DNA of 33,639 bases from Chiloscyllium plagiosum (GCF_004010195.1 NW_025213497.1:1-33639); one strand, 5' to 3'. Shown: positions 1-11,149, numbered from the stretch's first letter. The notes: generated by a model not told the origin, from the sequence alone. Program-made: numbers and translations.

Positions 1-1030
1 TACATGTGGTGGTTGGCGATGATAAGTAAATTTCCAGATGAGGTAAATATTGACGTGTTTTACAGTGGGGAAACTCATCTTAGGTTACAGAGAGAAATAG
101 TCAGATTGATCAAATGGGCAGAGCAGTGGCATATGGAATTTAATCCTGATAACTGTGAGGTCATGACTTTGACAGAATTTACAAGACAAGGCAGAAATCA
201 ATGAATGATAGCATGCTGGGAACCACAAAAGAGGCAAACGTGAGGACTGCAGATGCTGGACATTAGAGTGGAGATTGAGGTGCTGAAAAAGCACAGCAGG
301 TCAAGCAGCATCTGAGGAGCAGGAGCATCGATGTTTCATTCAAAAGCCCTTCATCAGGACATGTACCTCAAAGGAACCAAACGATCTTGAGATGCTTGTC
401 AATAGATCCATGAAGGTAGCAGGATGGGTTAATAGAGGAGTTAAGAAGGCACATAGTGGAGGCATAGATTTTCAGAGCTGGGAGGTCCTGTTGGAGCTGT
501 ACATGATTTTGGTTCAGCCACAGTTGGAGTATGGTGTGTGGTTCTGGTCACTGTACCATAGGGAGGATGAGATGGCATTGCAGGGAGTGCAAAGGAGATT
601 CAGTAGAATATTCTTTGGACAGCAGCAATTTAGCAGCAAAGAGGGAGGCTGGAAAAGCTGGGATTGCATAACTTAGAACAGCGATTGGCGTATATAAAAC
701 GATGAGGAGAGTGGACAGGGGTGAACAAAAACAGTTGTTACCCTTAGTCAAAAGGCTAATAACGGGTTGTATAATTTTGAGATGAAAGGCAAGAGTTTAA
801 GGGGGGACATGAGGAAAAATCTTCTCACCCAGAGGATGTTAGGGGCCTGCAATGCACTGACCAAGAGGGTAGTTCAGGTGAGAAACCTCAACTTGCATCA
901 GTACTTGACATGTCACAACATTCAAGGATAAGGCCCCACCGCTGGAAAGTGGGAATAATGTAGATTTAACGTAGGGTTAGCATGATGGGTCAAAGGGCAT
1001 CTTCTGTTCTCTGGGATTCAATCATTCTGT
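1..1030 (+). mobile_element. Decayed CR1-type (HER1-like) LINE, 3' part of ORF2 and 3' UTR
   Basis: Translations ISKFPDE (SKFADD), WAEQWHMEFNPDNCEVM and EVLLELYMILVQPQLEYGVWFWS...GVQRRFSR match the CR1 ORF2 C-terminus. Multiple stops and frameshifts; interrupted at ~236-358. Confidence 0.85.
236..358 (-). mobile_element. Short Penelope-like terminal-repeat fragment with degenerate hammerhead motif
   Basis: Homologous to the 6468-6644 element. Minus strand reads CTGATGA-AGGGCTTTTGAAT-GAAACATC (357..330). Confidence 0.65.
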
Positions 1031-1567
1031 AATTCTGAAATGAAGTTTCGGAATCAATTCCTAGTTTGTTCCGGTCTTTTCAGAGGAAATATTTCCCAGT
1101 GTAAATTCCAACTGTTGATGTGGTCAGTATTGGCTTCAGGTTCTCTATTAGAGTGCTCATTCACAGATAGAATTTACCAAATGTGTTGGAAAACGGAATG
1201 AACGACAAGAGCAGTGGGATAACAGTGTGCAGTAGAACAGCTCTTAAGGAGCTCGACAGCATGAGGGATTGAATGACTGAATAACCTCATCAAAATGAAG
1301 GTCGTCAATGAAAAGAATATCAGGAGATATTTGGTTATTGATGGGACTGGTGGTGATTAAAATAATATTTCAAGTATTGTTGTTTGAAGACGAGTTGCAA
1401 GGAGCATTTAACAACGAATAGGATCAGATTAATTCCAGTCTTTGGGTGATTCAAATGCAGACTAAATCTCAATGTTATCATATCGCCAAAATAAACCTGT
1501 TGTCCTAATGACATTGTTCAAAATTATATTTAAAAAATCATAGATTCCCAGTGGAGATACTACACAA

Positions 1568-1574
1568 TATAAAA
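1568..1574 (+). promoter_or_regulatory. Possible TATA box of the GPCR gene
   Basis: TATAAAA about 105 nt upstream of the exon-1 ATG. The context is AT-rich, so this is weak. Confidence 0.3.
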
Positions 1575-1675
1575 TAAAGTCTCTGGAATTGTGTCAGCTC
1601 CAACTCCGAGAGAATTCTCCACTTTCGACAGATTGACAGCAGCAGGAAAACAGCGGGTGTTTCACAATCAACAAA

Positions 1676-1742
1676 ATGCATCTGCCAAGGCAAATGGTCG
1701 CTAAAGTATATTACACTGTCCTTGCTGTTGTTGGTGTTCCTG
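1676..1742 (+). pseudogene. GPR139/GPR142-like GPCR pseudogene, coding exon 1
   Basis: ATG...MHLPRQMVAKVYYTVLAVVGVP+G followed by a GTAAGT donor at 1743. The phase-1 junction joins exon 2 in frame and completes TM1 (GVP-V-S-IKAIVLLSR). Confidence 0.85.
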
Positions 1743-3774
1743 GTAAGTCTTGTAAGTATTTAAATTTCTATAAAACTCTACATTAAATCACTCATTTCGG
1801 CTCTATGACTGACGATTATTTTCTTTCTATTTATTAAGGCAAATCACGAAGCCAGATAATAGTGCTCTCGCTTACTGAGTTTAAAGCGATTCGTTTGTCA
1901 TTGCAAAGGCTCCTCAGTAATGTGCAGCACTATCTGTTTCTCTGTACTTTGCAGAATGGGTTTGCCCCCGAGGCCACATTGATGGGTTTTGGCTTAGCAC
2001 CAGCCCTGGCTGGTCTGGAAAGTATTAGCAACACCACTTGCTCTCAGTGGGAGTTCAAAGCCTGCTATTGGTCAGATGAATTTTGTAATAACCCACCACT
2101 TATTGATAGCTTGTGCTTCTCATTCCTTGATGTGAAGGGTTTGTGTTGGTTGGACTTGATCGGGTGGCTCAATATAAATGGGAGCGTAGATACACACAAT
2201 GGGTGGATCGGGTAAATTATTATGGAGTGATAAGCGAAGGGCAGATGACCTTGATGACTTTGTGTGCTTTTCTTCGTCAGTGGATGTGTGGAGGAATGAT
2301 TTTTTGAAGGCAGATAATCAGGTTAATATGACTTCCAAATGCTTGATAGAAATGCATATTGTTAACATTTCCAAACTAACTCCGTCGTGTAATTCTTCAG
2401 CTGAGAAAAGAAAATCTCTATCTCTAGTTCATAGACACTCTGCATTATTGTTTGATTGATTGGAATGTTGTGCACTGTTTTTCCAGATCTCCAGGAGTCA
2501 CTCTGAATGAAGGTGTTACTGATTGTGGAGTTGTACTGAATGGGGATAACCTCTTATTACTGTGGCCTCATGGTGCTGGGAAACTGTGTAATTGTAGAAT
2601 GTACTGAGTGTGGGGAACAGCTCAGATATGAACTTCGGACCCAGTGTTCTTGCTTTTCTCTGGTATCAGTAAATGCAGCATTGCGATAAGTGTCATGACC
2701 TCAATTGGAAATATTATTGGGAATATCTTTCACTGGAGAGCTGTGTTGAATTTGGGTCAATAATCTGAAGGCAACATCCGATTCCCGTGGCAATGTGAGG
2801 CAGTGAGCAGCTTTCTGTAAAAATCTAACTGTGTCTGGGTTCTTAGCCAACGGAGAACAATGAGTCCAGTGTCCACGTGTTACTGCGGAGCATCTGTCGA
2901 AATACAATTACACTGAGCATGAGTCACCAACAAGAGGGAAACAATAGTGGTCTGGCACAAGAAGGAGTATCTCTGAGGATAGAATTTAACTCGTGGGGAA
3001 CTGAATGAAAGGGAAGATTTGAATGCAGTTGTAACGAGGAATATAATTTGACTGAAACCATGCGATGCTTCTTTTACGTTACATTTCTCATTTCTGATCT
3101 GTTCACTGATAGGGCTGTGAATGAAATTTGGAAACACAATGGATTAAAAGTGGGAAAATCATTAGTTGAATATATTTGATACTAAGTTTTCAAAGTGAAG
3201 TGTTCTATTAGGGTTAAATAGATGCGACTTCTTGGGAAAAAATAAAATAATAGACAACGATGTGAATTCAAATAATGTTCCACAGTCATATAATGTTTTC
3301 TTAAATAATATTTTTGGGAGTGATTAATCTTCCAGCAATATTTGAACAAGCTGTGGGACATGATTACTCTCATTAAATATCTCAATGTCAATCAGGATGG
3401 CTATCGAACGAGACTGGCTGCCACTGTTTCACCTCTGAAAGGTTGGATGCCGGGTTCTGAGTTCTTGCTGAATTCACGGCGTCCATTATCCCAATAAATT
3501 GCTGAACTCTTGTGAGTATCAAAGCCAAGATACAGATCCTTTTGACTCAGTTGACTGTGCTGTGATCTGGTCTATGTGTGGGCATTCCCTACTGCAGAAA
3601 GTTGTCATGAGTCAAGTGAAGGATCTCTTATCTTCAAAAGTGGATTGGTTTTGGGAATTGCATATTTGTGACAATCAATTTAGAGTCGGAATATTCATTT
3701 CAATGGGATGCTGTAAGAATGGGAGGAGTTGACTATACTGGGGAGTTAGGTGTGTGTTAGGAGCTCCATTTTCT

Positions 3775-4594
3775 GTTATTCATTCAATGCAAGTGGGTGT
3801 GACTGCCTCGGCCAGTAATTACCATCCATCCACATCAGAGACACCAAGTTGTCGTGCATTTGGAGTCACTTGTAGGCCAGGCCATGGAAGGATGAAAGAT
3901 TATCTTCTTTAAGGAACATCTGTAAANNNNNNNNNNNNNNNNNNNNNNNNNNNNNNNNNNNNNNNNNNNNNNNNNNNNNNNNNNNNNNNNNNNNNNNNNN
4001 NNNNNNNNNNNNNNNNNNNNNNNNNNNNNNNNNNNNNNNNNNNNNNNNNNNNNNNNNNNNNNNNNNNNNNNNNNNNNNNNNNNNNNNNNNNNNNNNNNNN
4101 NNNNNNNNNNNNNNNNNNNNNNNNNNNNNNNNNNNNNNNNNNNNNNNNNNNNNNNNNNNNNNNNNNNNNNNNNNNNNNNNNNNNNNNNNNNNNNNNNNNN
4201 NNNNNNNNNNNNNNNNNNNNNNNNNNNNNNNNNNNNNNNNNNNNNNNNNNNNNNNNNNNNNNNNNNNNNNNNNNNNNNNNNNNNNNNNNNNNNNNNNNNN
4301 NNNNNNNNNNNNNNNNNNNNNNNNNNNNNNNNNNNNNNNNNNNNNNNNNNNNNNNNNNNNNNNNNNNNNNNNNNNNNNNNNNNNNNNNNNNNNNNNNNNN
4401 NNNNNNNNNNNNNNNNNNNNNNNNNNNNNNNNNNNNNNNNNNNNNNNNNNNNNNNNNNNNNNNNNNNNNNNNNNNNNNNNNNNNNNNNNNNNNNNNNNNN
4501 NNNNNNNNNNNNNNNNNNNNNNNNNNNNNNNNNNNNNNNNNNNNNNNGAATTAATAGTCTCATATGATAAGACCACTTGGCCATCACCTCTCCT
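3775..4594 (-). mobile_element. SacSINE1/Deu-domain-like SINE split by an assembly gap
   Basis: Left of the gap, ggagtcacttgtaggccaggcc...aaggaacatc is homologous to 25491-25560. Right of the gap, ttaatagtct...ccacttggccatcacctctcc resembles the reverse-complemented tRNA-derived head. Confidence 0.6.
3927..4547. other. Assembly gap (621 N)
   Basis: Run of N. Confidence 1.
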
Positions 4595-5591
4595 AATGCT
4601 TGGCATTGGATTGAATGCTCAGAAGCAGCCTCTGATACCAAGCAATGGTACAATGTATGGCTGTCCCAGAACAAGCTGGGGTACAATTCTGTTGACCTCC
4701 ATGGAGAGCGCTGCTTTAACTATGGCGATTCCTCACCCCAGGTTTTGCTCCGAATCTGGGAGGAGGATCTCTGTTCACAAGGAGAACTGCAGGAGCCTGG
4801 ACATCAGGCAGGAAGCTTTGTTTCATCTCGTAATTTCCAAACCGGAAATTTGCAATGACCAAAGCTACATAAATTCAGATATTATTTGAATGGGGGCTGT
4901 GATGTACAATCTTTAAGATTGTGTGGGGACTTCATATCAAATATTAACATTCTTCTGATTGCAACTTGGGAAATGGTGGTTGGATTCCCTGCTGAAAATT
5001 TCTATACTTCAGATTGTCATTATATCAAATCTTGTACAAGTGCGGGCGGGGGTTAGGGTGGTGGGGAGCTGGCAGGGGTAGCAGTTCAATGGATACTCAT
5101 TTCTTCATTGTCATTACAGAGGGCATCCATTCCTGAATACTGGAAGGATTCACTGCCCTCTTGCATAGTTACACAGTGTGGATGTGCCATTCTAGAAGTA
5201 ATCCGAGCTGTGGAGACTCCACAAATGAGTGCAGGAATTTTGTAATCAATGTCCGTGTTCTGTGTCTCTCATTCTTTATTGAACCCGAGTGGTTTTGTGT
5301 TGATGTTGTGGTCTTATGAGTAACTCCAGCCAATCAGAGTAACCTGTAAAGCAGAAGAAATTAATTACTGATTAATCCAAAAATACTGAGTACACATCAT
5401 GTTCCTGGGTGTTATTTGAACCTCATGTGATTCCCTACATTTTTGAAAAGGCAAAATATTTAATTTGACAGTGTTAACTATAATGGTTCGGCCGATATGA
5501 CATACAAACTTTTTTGTACTAAAACCGTCAGGTGCAGAGAATATTTGATCAGTAACTTCATGTCTTTTATCTTTCTTTCTTTCTCTTATAG

Positions 5592-6469
5592 TTAGTATCA
5601 AGGCGATTGTACTCTTGTCTAGGGACAAGTGCGGTCTTTCAAGATGCACCACTCACTATCTGGTTGCGATGGCTGTATCTGATCTCCTGTTCATTATTCC
5701 TGACGTCATACTTATTGAGTTTTCATCCTATTATTATCCCCGGTGTTTCCTGAACATTGCTCCTCTTTGTAGCATAAACGTGGCCCTTATCAACTTTGCA
5801 ATTGATTGGTCTGTCTGGTTCACTGTCGCTTTTTCTTTTGATCGCTTTGTCACCATTTGTTTTCATCAGATGAAACCTCAGTATTGCACAGAGTAAACTG
5901 TAAACAGAGTTCTGGCAACAATTTGTATTTTCTTTTCAATAAAGAACATTCCCAACTATTTTGACTTGAACCTGGAAGGATCATCAACAATGTTCCATGG
6001 TATTATTACACCAGTCACAGTTACTTTAATGAACCTTTGTGGGTGAGTTTTAAATATATTTCATCATTTTTAACACCACTGCTTCCATTCATTTTGATTC
6101 TTTTTCTCAATGTTCTAACGTCAGACACATCACCGAAGCCAATAAGGCACGTAAGGGACTGAGGGGTCAGAAAATAACAGAGAATGACCCAGAGATAGAG
6201 AGCAGAAAGAATGCTGCGACTATACTTTTCTCTATATCTGGCAGCTTCATACTTCTCTGGCTGGTGTATGTTCTATATATGTATGATACCGGTTATTATG
6301 TGGATGATTTTTATCTCTGTCAACAAGTTGTGGATATGCTGCGGAACCTCAGTTGCTGCACCAATTCACTAATTTATGTATAACACAGAAAAAAATTAAA
6401 GCCCAGTTAAATTATGCAGTAAAATATCCAGTAATAAAATTTATTCAATTGGTGAATAATTCCATGTAG
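5592..6469 (+). pseudogene. GPR139/GPR142-like GPCR pseudogene, coding exon 2 (end of TM1 to TM7 and C-tail)
   Basis: Polypyrimidine tract and AG acceptor at 5590-91. Motifs: LSRDKCGLSRCTTHYLVAMAVSDLL (TM2), SVWFTVAFSFDRFVTIC (TM3), KNIPNYF, LTPLLPFILILFLNVLT/VRHI (TM5), DPEIESRK, SISGSFILLW (TM6), LSCCTNSLIYV/TQ (TM7), AVKYP; stop TAG 6467-69. Lesions: TAA 5894-96 and -1 frameshifts at ~5967, ~6120 and ~6380. Confidence 0.92.
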
Positions 6470-6644
6470 CTGCAAATGTGTTGCTGGAAAAGCGCAGCAG
6501 GTCAGGCAGCATCCAAGGAGCAGGAGAATCGACGTTTCGGGCATGAGCATTCTCCTGCTCATTGCATGCTGCCTGACCTGCTGCGCTTTTCCAGCAACAC
6601 ATTTTCAGCTCTGATCTCCAGCATCTGCTGTCCTCACTTTCTCC
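6468..6644. mobile_element. Foldback (inverted-repeat) Penelope-like terminal element
   Basis: Arms 6468-6529 and 6549-6610 are near-perfect reverse complements. The 19-nt spacer reads GCTCATGCCC-GAAACGTCG on the minus strand (3' half of a hammerhead). Unpaired tail to 6644. Confidence 0.75.
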
Positions 6645-7399
6645 TAATAAATCAATATAACTGAGCACCAACATGGGAAGCAGCAGATAATGGAACAAAG
6701 AGTCCACGTGAGGAATGGACCGAAAAGAGAAGGGAGAGCAGCAACATGATAACACTCATGGGCAAGGACAGACCCCATCTGAGGAACAAAATGAAAGAGA
6801 CTGCAGGAGTAAAGCCAGTGCAGATTGCTGTTTGCAAGGACCAACAGTCAGGAGAAAGCTGAACAACACAAATATAACCAGAAGAGGGGTTAGGTATACT
6901 CAAACAAAAAAACAACTATCCGCAGCAATCAGTTCACAGCAAGTGACCCGGATACAATAAAAAGACCTGGAGGAAAGGATCATCGTTCACTGCAGGGTGA
7001 ACAGCAACATCAGGGCCCTGCCCCATATTCCTCATGGAATTCTCTGATCCACACAGCTGAATAAAAGTTTAAAAAAGAGAAGTTTCACCTCCATTTTTTG
7101 ATTACAAATGTACTTTCAGCAAAATTTGTCTGGATCCGTTCAGCTCCCCCGGCCTGATACTGATATTACTCCCTTTCTTTATCCATTATTTTCCACCAAT
7201 CAGCTGCGTGTTGATGGGAGTATCCAAGGCCCAATCAGAGGGCTCGGTAGTAGTTCGGATCTAAATCTCGGGAACGGGATGTGGGAGATGAACCGATGCC
7301 CTCAATACTTCCGTGAAAACGTTTTGTGGCTTTCACAAACACCACTGAGCTCAGTGGGAACGGACTCTGGATAAAACCTGTTTGCTTGTGGCTTGAAAA

Positions 7400-7760
7400 T
7401 GGAGCCAGAGATCAGTTCAATCCACATCATCACCAAGATGATTGTTTCCTTCAGTAAACCAGTTCCTAACCCCAATCCCCTGCCTCGCAGCTCATTATCA
7501 GGAAAACAGTCATTTATTCCATTGTTTCTATCTGTAAACCAGCTCATAAACCATCCCCCAGGCTCACGGCTCATCATCGGGGAAGCACAGTCATTCATTC
7601 TATTGTTACCTGTGGCCCTTGTTTTCCAGCACCATATCAGCCTGACACCATTATGCAAACTCCATGCATTTACTTTATCCAAATTTTATCCAATCTCTTG
7701 GATTGCTTTTTCAACAAAATCCATTTCCTGACCATCCGCCGACCACAGTGACCCACACAG
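7400..7760 (-). mobile_element. Highly decayed CR1-like LINE RT fragment
   Basis: Resembles the minus-strand CR1 RT region at 17100-17340 (WFTDRNNGINDCF-like and primer-grip-adjacent segments). Very diverged. Confidence 0.4.
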
Positions 7761-7949
7761 ACATGTTGTCCTCCAAATTGTCAAATTTACATTCTCACTC
7801 TTTACAAGATGTTTCAAAGTCACCCATTTATTTATTTATTTTTGACTGGTATAAATCATGTTTTGTAAAATCTCTATGAAGATGTTAAATGTTGTGTTGT
7901 AGTGGAATATTGCCAGATGGTGTGATAGTCAAAGACATGATAGATTTCA

Positions 7950-9440
7950 TAGAGTTAAGCCATGGAGCCATCGAGTCAAAGAGACATGCAGCACGGAAAC
8001 AAATCCTTCAGTCCAACCTGTCCCTGCCGACCAGTTTTCCAAACATATCTAGTCCCATTTGCTAGCACTTAGCCCATTTCCCTCTAAACACTTCCTATTC
8101 CTATACCCATTCAGGTGCCTTTTAATGTTGGAATTATATCAGTCTTCCTCAGGCAGCTCATTCCATACACACACCACACTCTGCGTGAAATTCTAACCCC
8201 CGAGGTCCCTTTCGAATGTTCCCCACTTACGCTAAACCTATGCCCTCCAATTATTCTCTCCCCAACCCCAGAGAAAATGCTTTATATATTCACCTTGTCT
8301 ATGCCCGTCATGATTTTATAAACATCTATATGATCTTCCCTCAGCATCTGACACTGCAGAGAAAACAGACCCAGCCTATTTAGCCCCGCCCTTTAGCTCA
8401 AATTCTCCAACCATGGCAACATCCCTGTAATTGTTTTCTGAACCCTTTCAAGTTTACCAACATTTTCCCTCTCACAGGGAGACCAGGACTGAACGCACTT
8501 CACATTTATCTGAAGTAATCATTGGTCTCTCCTAAGCCCATTGGCCCATCAGATCAAGGTCACATTGTAATCTGACATAAAATTCTTCACCGTACAGTCC
8601 TTTGATTCTTCACCCATGTTTGTAGATGATACAAGTATTTCAATTGGGGGCTCGCAATTTCCTCCCTACCGTCCTATAGTGTTCTGGGATACTCTTGTCT
8701 GGTCCTGGGGATTTATCTACATTTATGTTTTCTAAGACCTCTAGCACTTTCTCTTCCATCATGTAAACTGTTATCAAAACGTAAATCCTTATTTCCCTGA
8801 GAAGTCTAATACCCATTTCTTTCTCAACAGTTACAACTGAAGCAAAATATTTATATAATATCTGTCCCATCTCCACAACGTCAATGTAAAGGCAATTTGC
8901 ACTCAATTTGCTCTCTTGCTCTTAATGGATTTGTAGAATCATTTTTTTAAAAAAATATTCAAATCTTATCTGGCATTCCATCTCATCCCGTCTTTGCCTT
9001 CATGATTTTCTTCCTAAGAGTACCGCTTCACTCTTTAAACTCGTCATGAGAGTCAGTAGATCATAGTAAACTGTATTTATTATATGATTTTTTAAAAAAT
9101 TCTTGACAACAACTTAATTAACTATGTTCATCCATTGTTCCCTAATCTTATCCAGCGCTGCCTTTCACTCTAACAGGAACACTATGCTTCTGAACTCTTA
9201 TTATCACACGACTGAAGGCCTCCCATTTGCGAACAGTTTATTCCAATCAACTTTTCAAAGCTCATTTTTATACCCTTAAAATGTGCCTTACTCCAATTAA
9301 GATCTTTAACTTTTGTGGAAGGCTTATTCATTTCCATAACTATTTTGTAACTGATAGTATTATGATCATTAGTGCCAAAGTGTTCCCCGACTAACACTTC
9401 AGTCATTTGCCTTGCTTTATTTCCTAAAAGCTGCTGTATA
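7950..9440 (-). mobile_element. CR1 (HER1-like) LINE, internally deleted
   Basis: 3' UTR at ~7950-8070 is homologous to 25823-25930. ORF2 pieces EEKVLEVLENINVDKSPGPD, GQILYKYFASV and GEHFGTNDHNTISYKIVME. Confidence 0.85.
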
Positions 9441-9447
9441 GCCCCAT

Positions 9448-9588
9448 GCCTCAGTGGTTCACACTGTTGCCTCAAAGCAGGAGAGAACCGCATTCGATTC
9501 TCCCCTACAGCGATGGAGATTCTGCGGGGTTTGTGCATTCTCCCTGCGTCTGTGTGGGTTTCTGTTTTTCTTCCACATTCAAAAATGT
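9448..9588 (+). mobile_element. 3'-truncated HE1-like V-SINE
   Basis: A-box-like tcagtggtt, B-box-like gcattcgattc and V-domain tttgtgcattctccctgcgtctgtgtgggtttc. Homologous to 30198-30350. Confidence 0.8.
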
Positions 9589-9616
9589 TTTGAGGGATTC
9601 TACCTGGTTCATAACA
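9583..9616 (+). repeat. Remnant 3' end of the 5' LTR
   Basis: aaatgttttgagggattctacctggttcataaca aligns with aaatgtttggagggctctggcctgctcagcaca at the 3' LTR end. TTCATAACA is an 8/9 inverted match to the LTR start TGTGATGAA (14668). Confidence 0.75.
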
Positions 9617-9618
9617 GA

Positions 9619-9637
9619 TGGTGGGCTTATGTGGGAT
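9619..9637 (+). promoter_or_regulatory. Degenerate primer-binding site, probably tRNA-Pro
   Basis: TGGTGGGCTTATGTGGGAT lies 2 nt after the LTR-terminal CA. Against the canonical tRNA-Pro PBS TGGGGGCTCGTCCGGGAT it has 1 insertion and 4 mismatches. Confidence 0.6.
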
Positions 9638-9758
9638 TTGCTCTGTAGTTCTGAGTTTTGATTAGGGTTGTTGGACTCAGAGGCAGCAAGCGATAGCTGT
9701 TAGTTTCTTTCATTCCAGGTATTGAGCTTTGATGGTTTAAACAGTGCTTCGGATAGCA

Positions 9759-11000
9759 ATGGCTCTATCAGTCACCAAGACCTTTCTGGGAATGGAAGTC
9801 ATGACTTTGCGGTTTATACACAAAGTGATTAAGGCCAAGTTGCTTGAATTAGCAGACAGGCTGGAGTGAGAGCTGCCCCCTTCCGTGAAGAAAGGAGAGA
9901 TAATTACAGATGTAGCTCAGCATTTACCTTTGGTGGGAATGTCATCCGAATCTTTAGAGATTGCTAAAATTCAACTGAAAATGAAGCAGCTTGAGTTAGA
10001 GGCAAAAGACAAGGAATCATGATTAGAACAGAAGAAAGGGAAAAAAGAGAGAGTAGAAGAAGAGAAGAGAGAGAACGGGAAAGATAGAGAGAAAAAAGAG
10101 AAAATCAGTGAGGGAAAGGAAGAAAGAGAGACAGTTTGAACTTCAGAAATTGTCACTTAGATAGGACAATCAGTTTAAAAGGATGACGATGAAGGCTGAA
10201 AGTAAGCTTTGTGAGGAAGAGAGTGAGAATGAGTAAACCCATGGTACCTAAAGGCCTGGTGGGGATCTGTTTAATTGTATTCAAGCATTGTCTAAATTTG
10301 ATGAGAGGGATGTGGAAACCTTTTTTCATCTCATTTGAAAAAGTGTCTAAATAAATGCAGTGTCCAATCACCATGTGGGTTTTGTTGATCCAAACAAAAT
10401 GTGCAGGTAGACCTACTGTGGTATTGGCATCATTTTCAGGGGAGGTATCTGGGGCGTATGAGCAGGTGAATATAGCCATCTTAAGTGCATATGAGCTTGT
10501 GCCAGAAGCCTACAGACAACGTTTCAGGAACCTAAGGAGGGTCGCTAGTCAAAACTACATTGAGTTTGACAGGATTAAACAAAGTAATTTTGAGAAGTGA
10601 ATAAGAACATTAAAAATAGAGCAAGCCCATGATGCTCTTAGACATACAATTATTTTGGGGGAGTTCAAAAATTCATTTCCTGAAGTAATGAGAACTCATG
10701 TGGAAGCTTAGAAAATTAAAATTGCAAGATTAGCAGCTGAAATGGCTCATGAATTATGAGTTGTCCATAAAACAACGTTTCGCAAACAGAATCAATTTCA
10801 ACTCGTGAGGAATAGAAAGTGGGGAAAAGAGAAATTCTTTCGCGGAAAGGGGAAGGTACATCTCGATGAGGATCATAAGGATAACTAACCACATGGCAAA
10901 AAGGGAAAGCCTTGAAGGGGACAGAGAACTTAAAGAGCTCCAGTGTATTCACTGCAATATAGTACACCACATGAAATCATGGTGTCAGTGCGTTAGGAGA
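9759..11000 (+). pseudogene. gag: gag (coiled coil, SCAN-like capsid CTD, CCHC zinc knuckle), disrupted
   Basis: MALSVTKTFLG..., E/K/R-rich stretch, KFDERDVETFFISFEK, AILSAYELVPEAYRQRFRNL (SCAN-like), and CIHCNIVHHMKSWC = CX2CX4HX4C at 10944-10985. Confidence 0.85.
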
Positions 11001-11149
11001 AGCACTGGGAAGCCAGATGTGGAAAACAGGATAAACCAGTGAATCTTGTTGGAGTGGTAACAGAAAACACAGTGGAGGCTAGAAAGCTGTACAGAAAGTA
11101 CAAGCTAGTCGGAGGTTGGTTAAGGACGAAGTGCCAGATCTTCTGAAAC

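Noticed and set aside
1862..2459. 117-aa and 86-aa ORFs in the GPCR intron
   Set aside because: No recognisable motifs; lengths are consistent with chance.
2485..2590. tattactgtg (YYC) after a ttttccag acceptor, resembling an Ig/TCR V-segment end
   Set aside because: Too short for a V domain, no W/C framework and no heptamer-nonamer RSS.
3835..4686. Long ORFs here and at 26631-28565 and 31588-32884
   Set aside because: Artefacts of translating through N-runs.
6441..6755. MCCWKSAAGQAA appearing in ORFs on both strands
   Set aside because: A consequence of the DNA palindrome, not a protein repeat.
9971..10156. Hydrophobic F/S-rich minus-strand ORF resembling a membrane peptide
   Set aside because: Antisense of the purine-rich coiled-coil part of gag.
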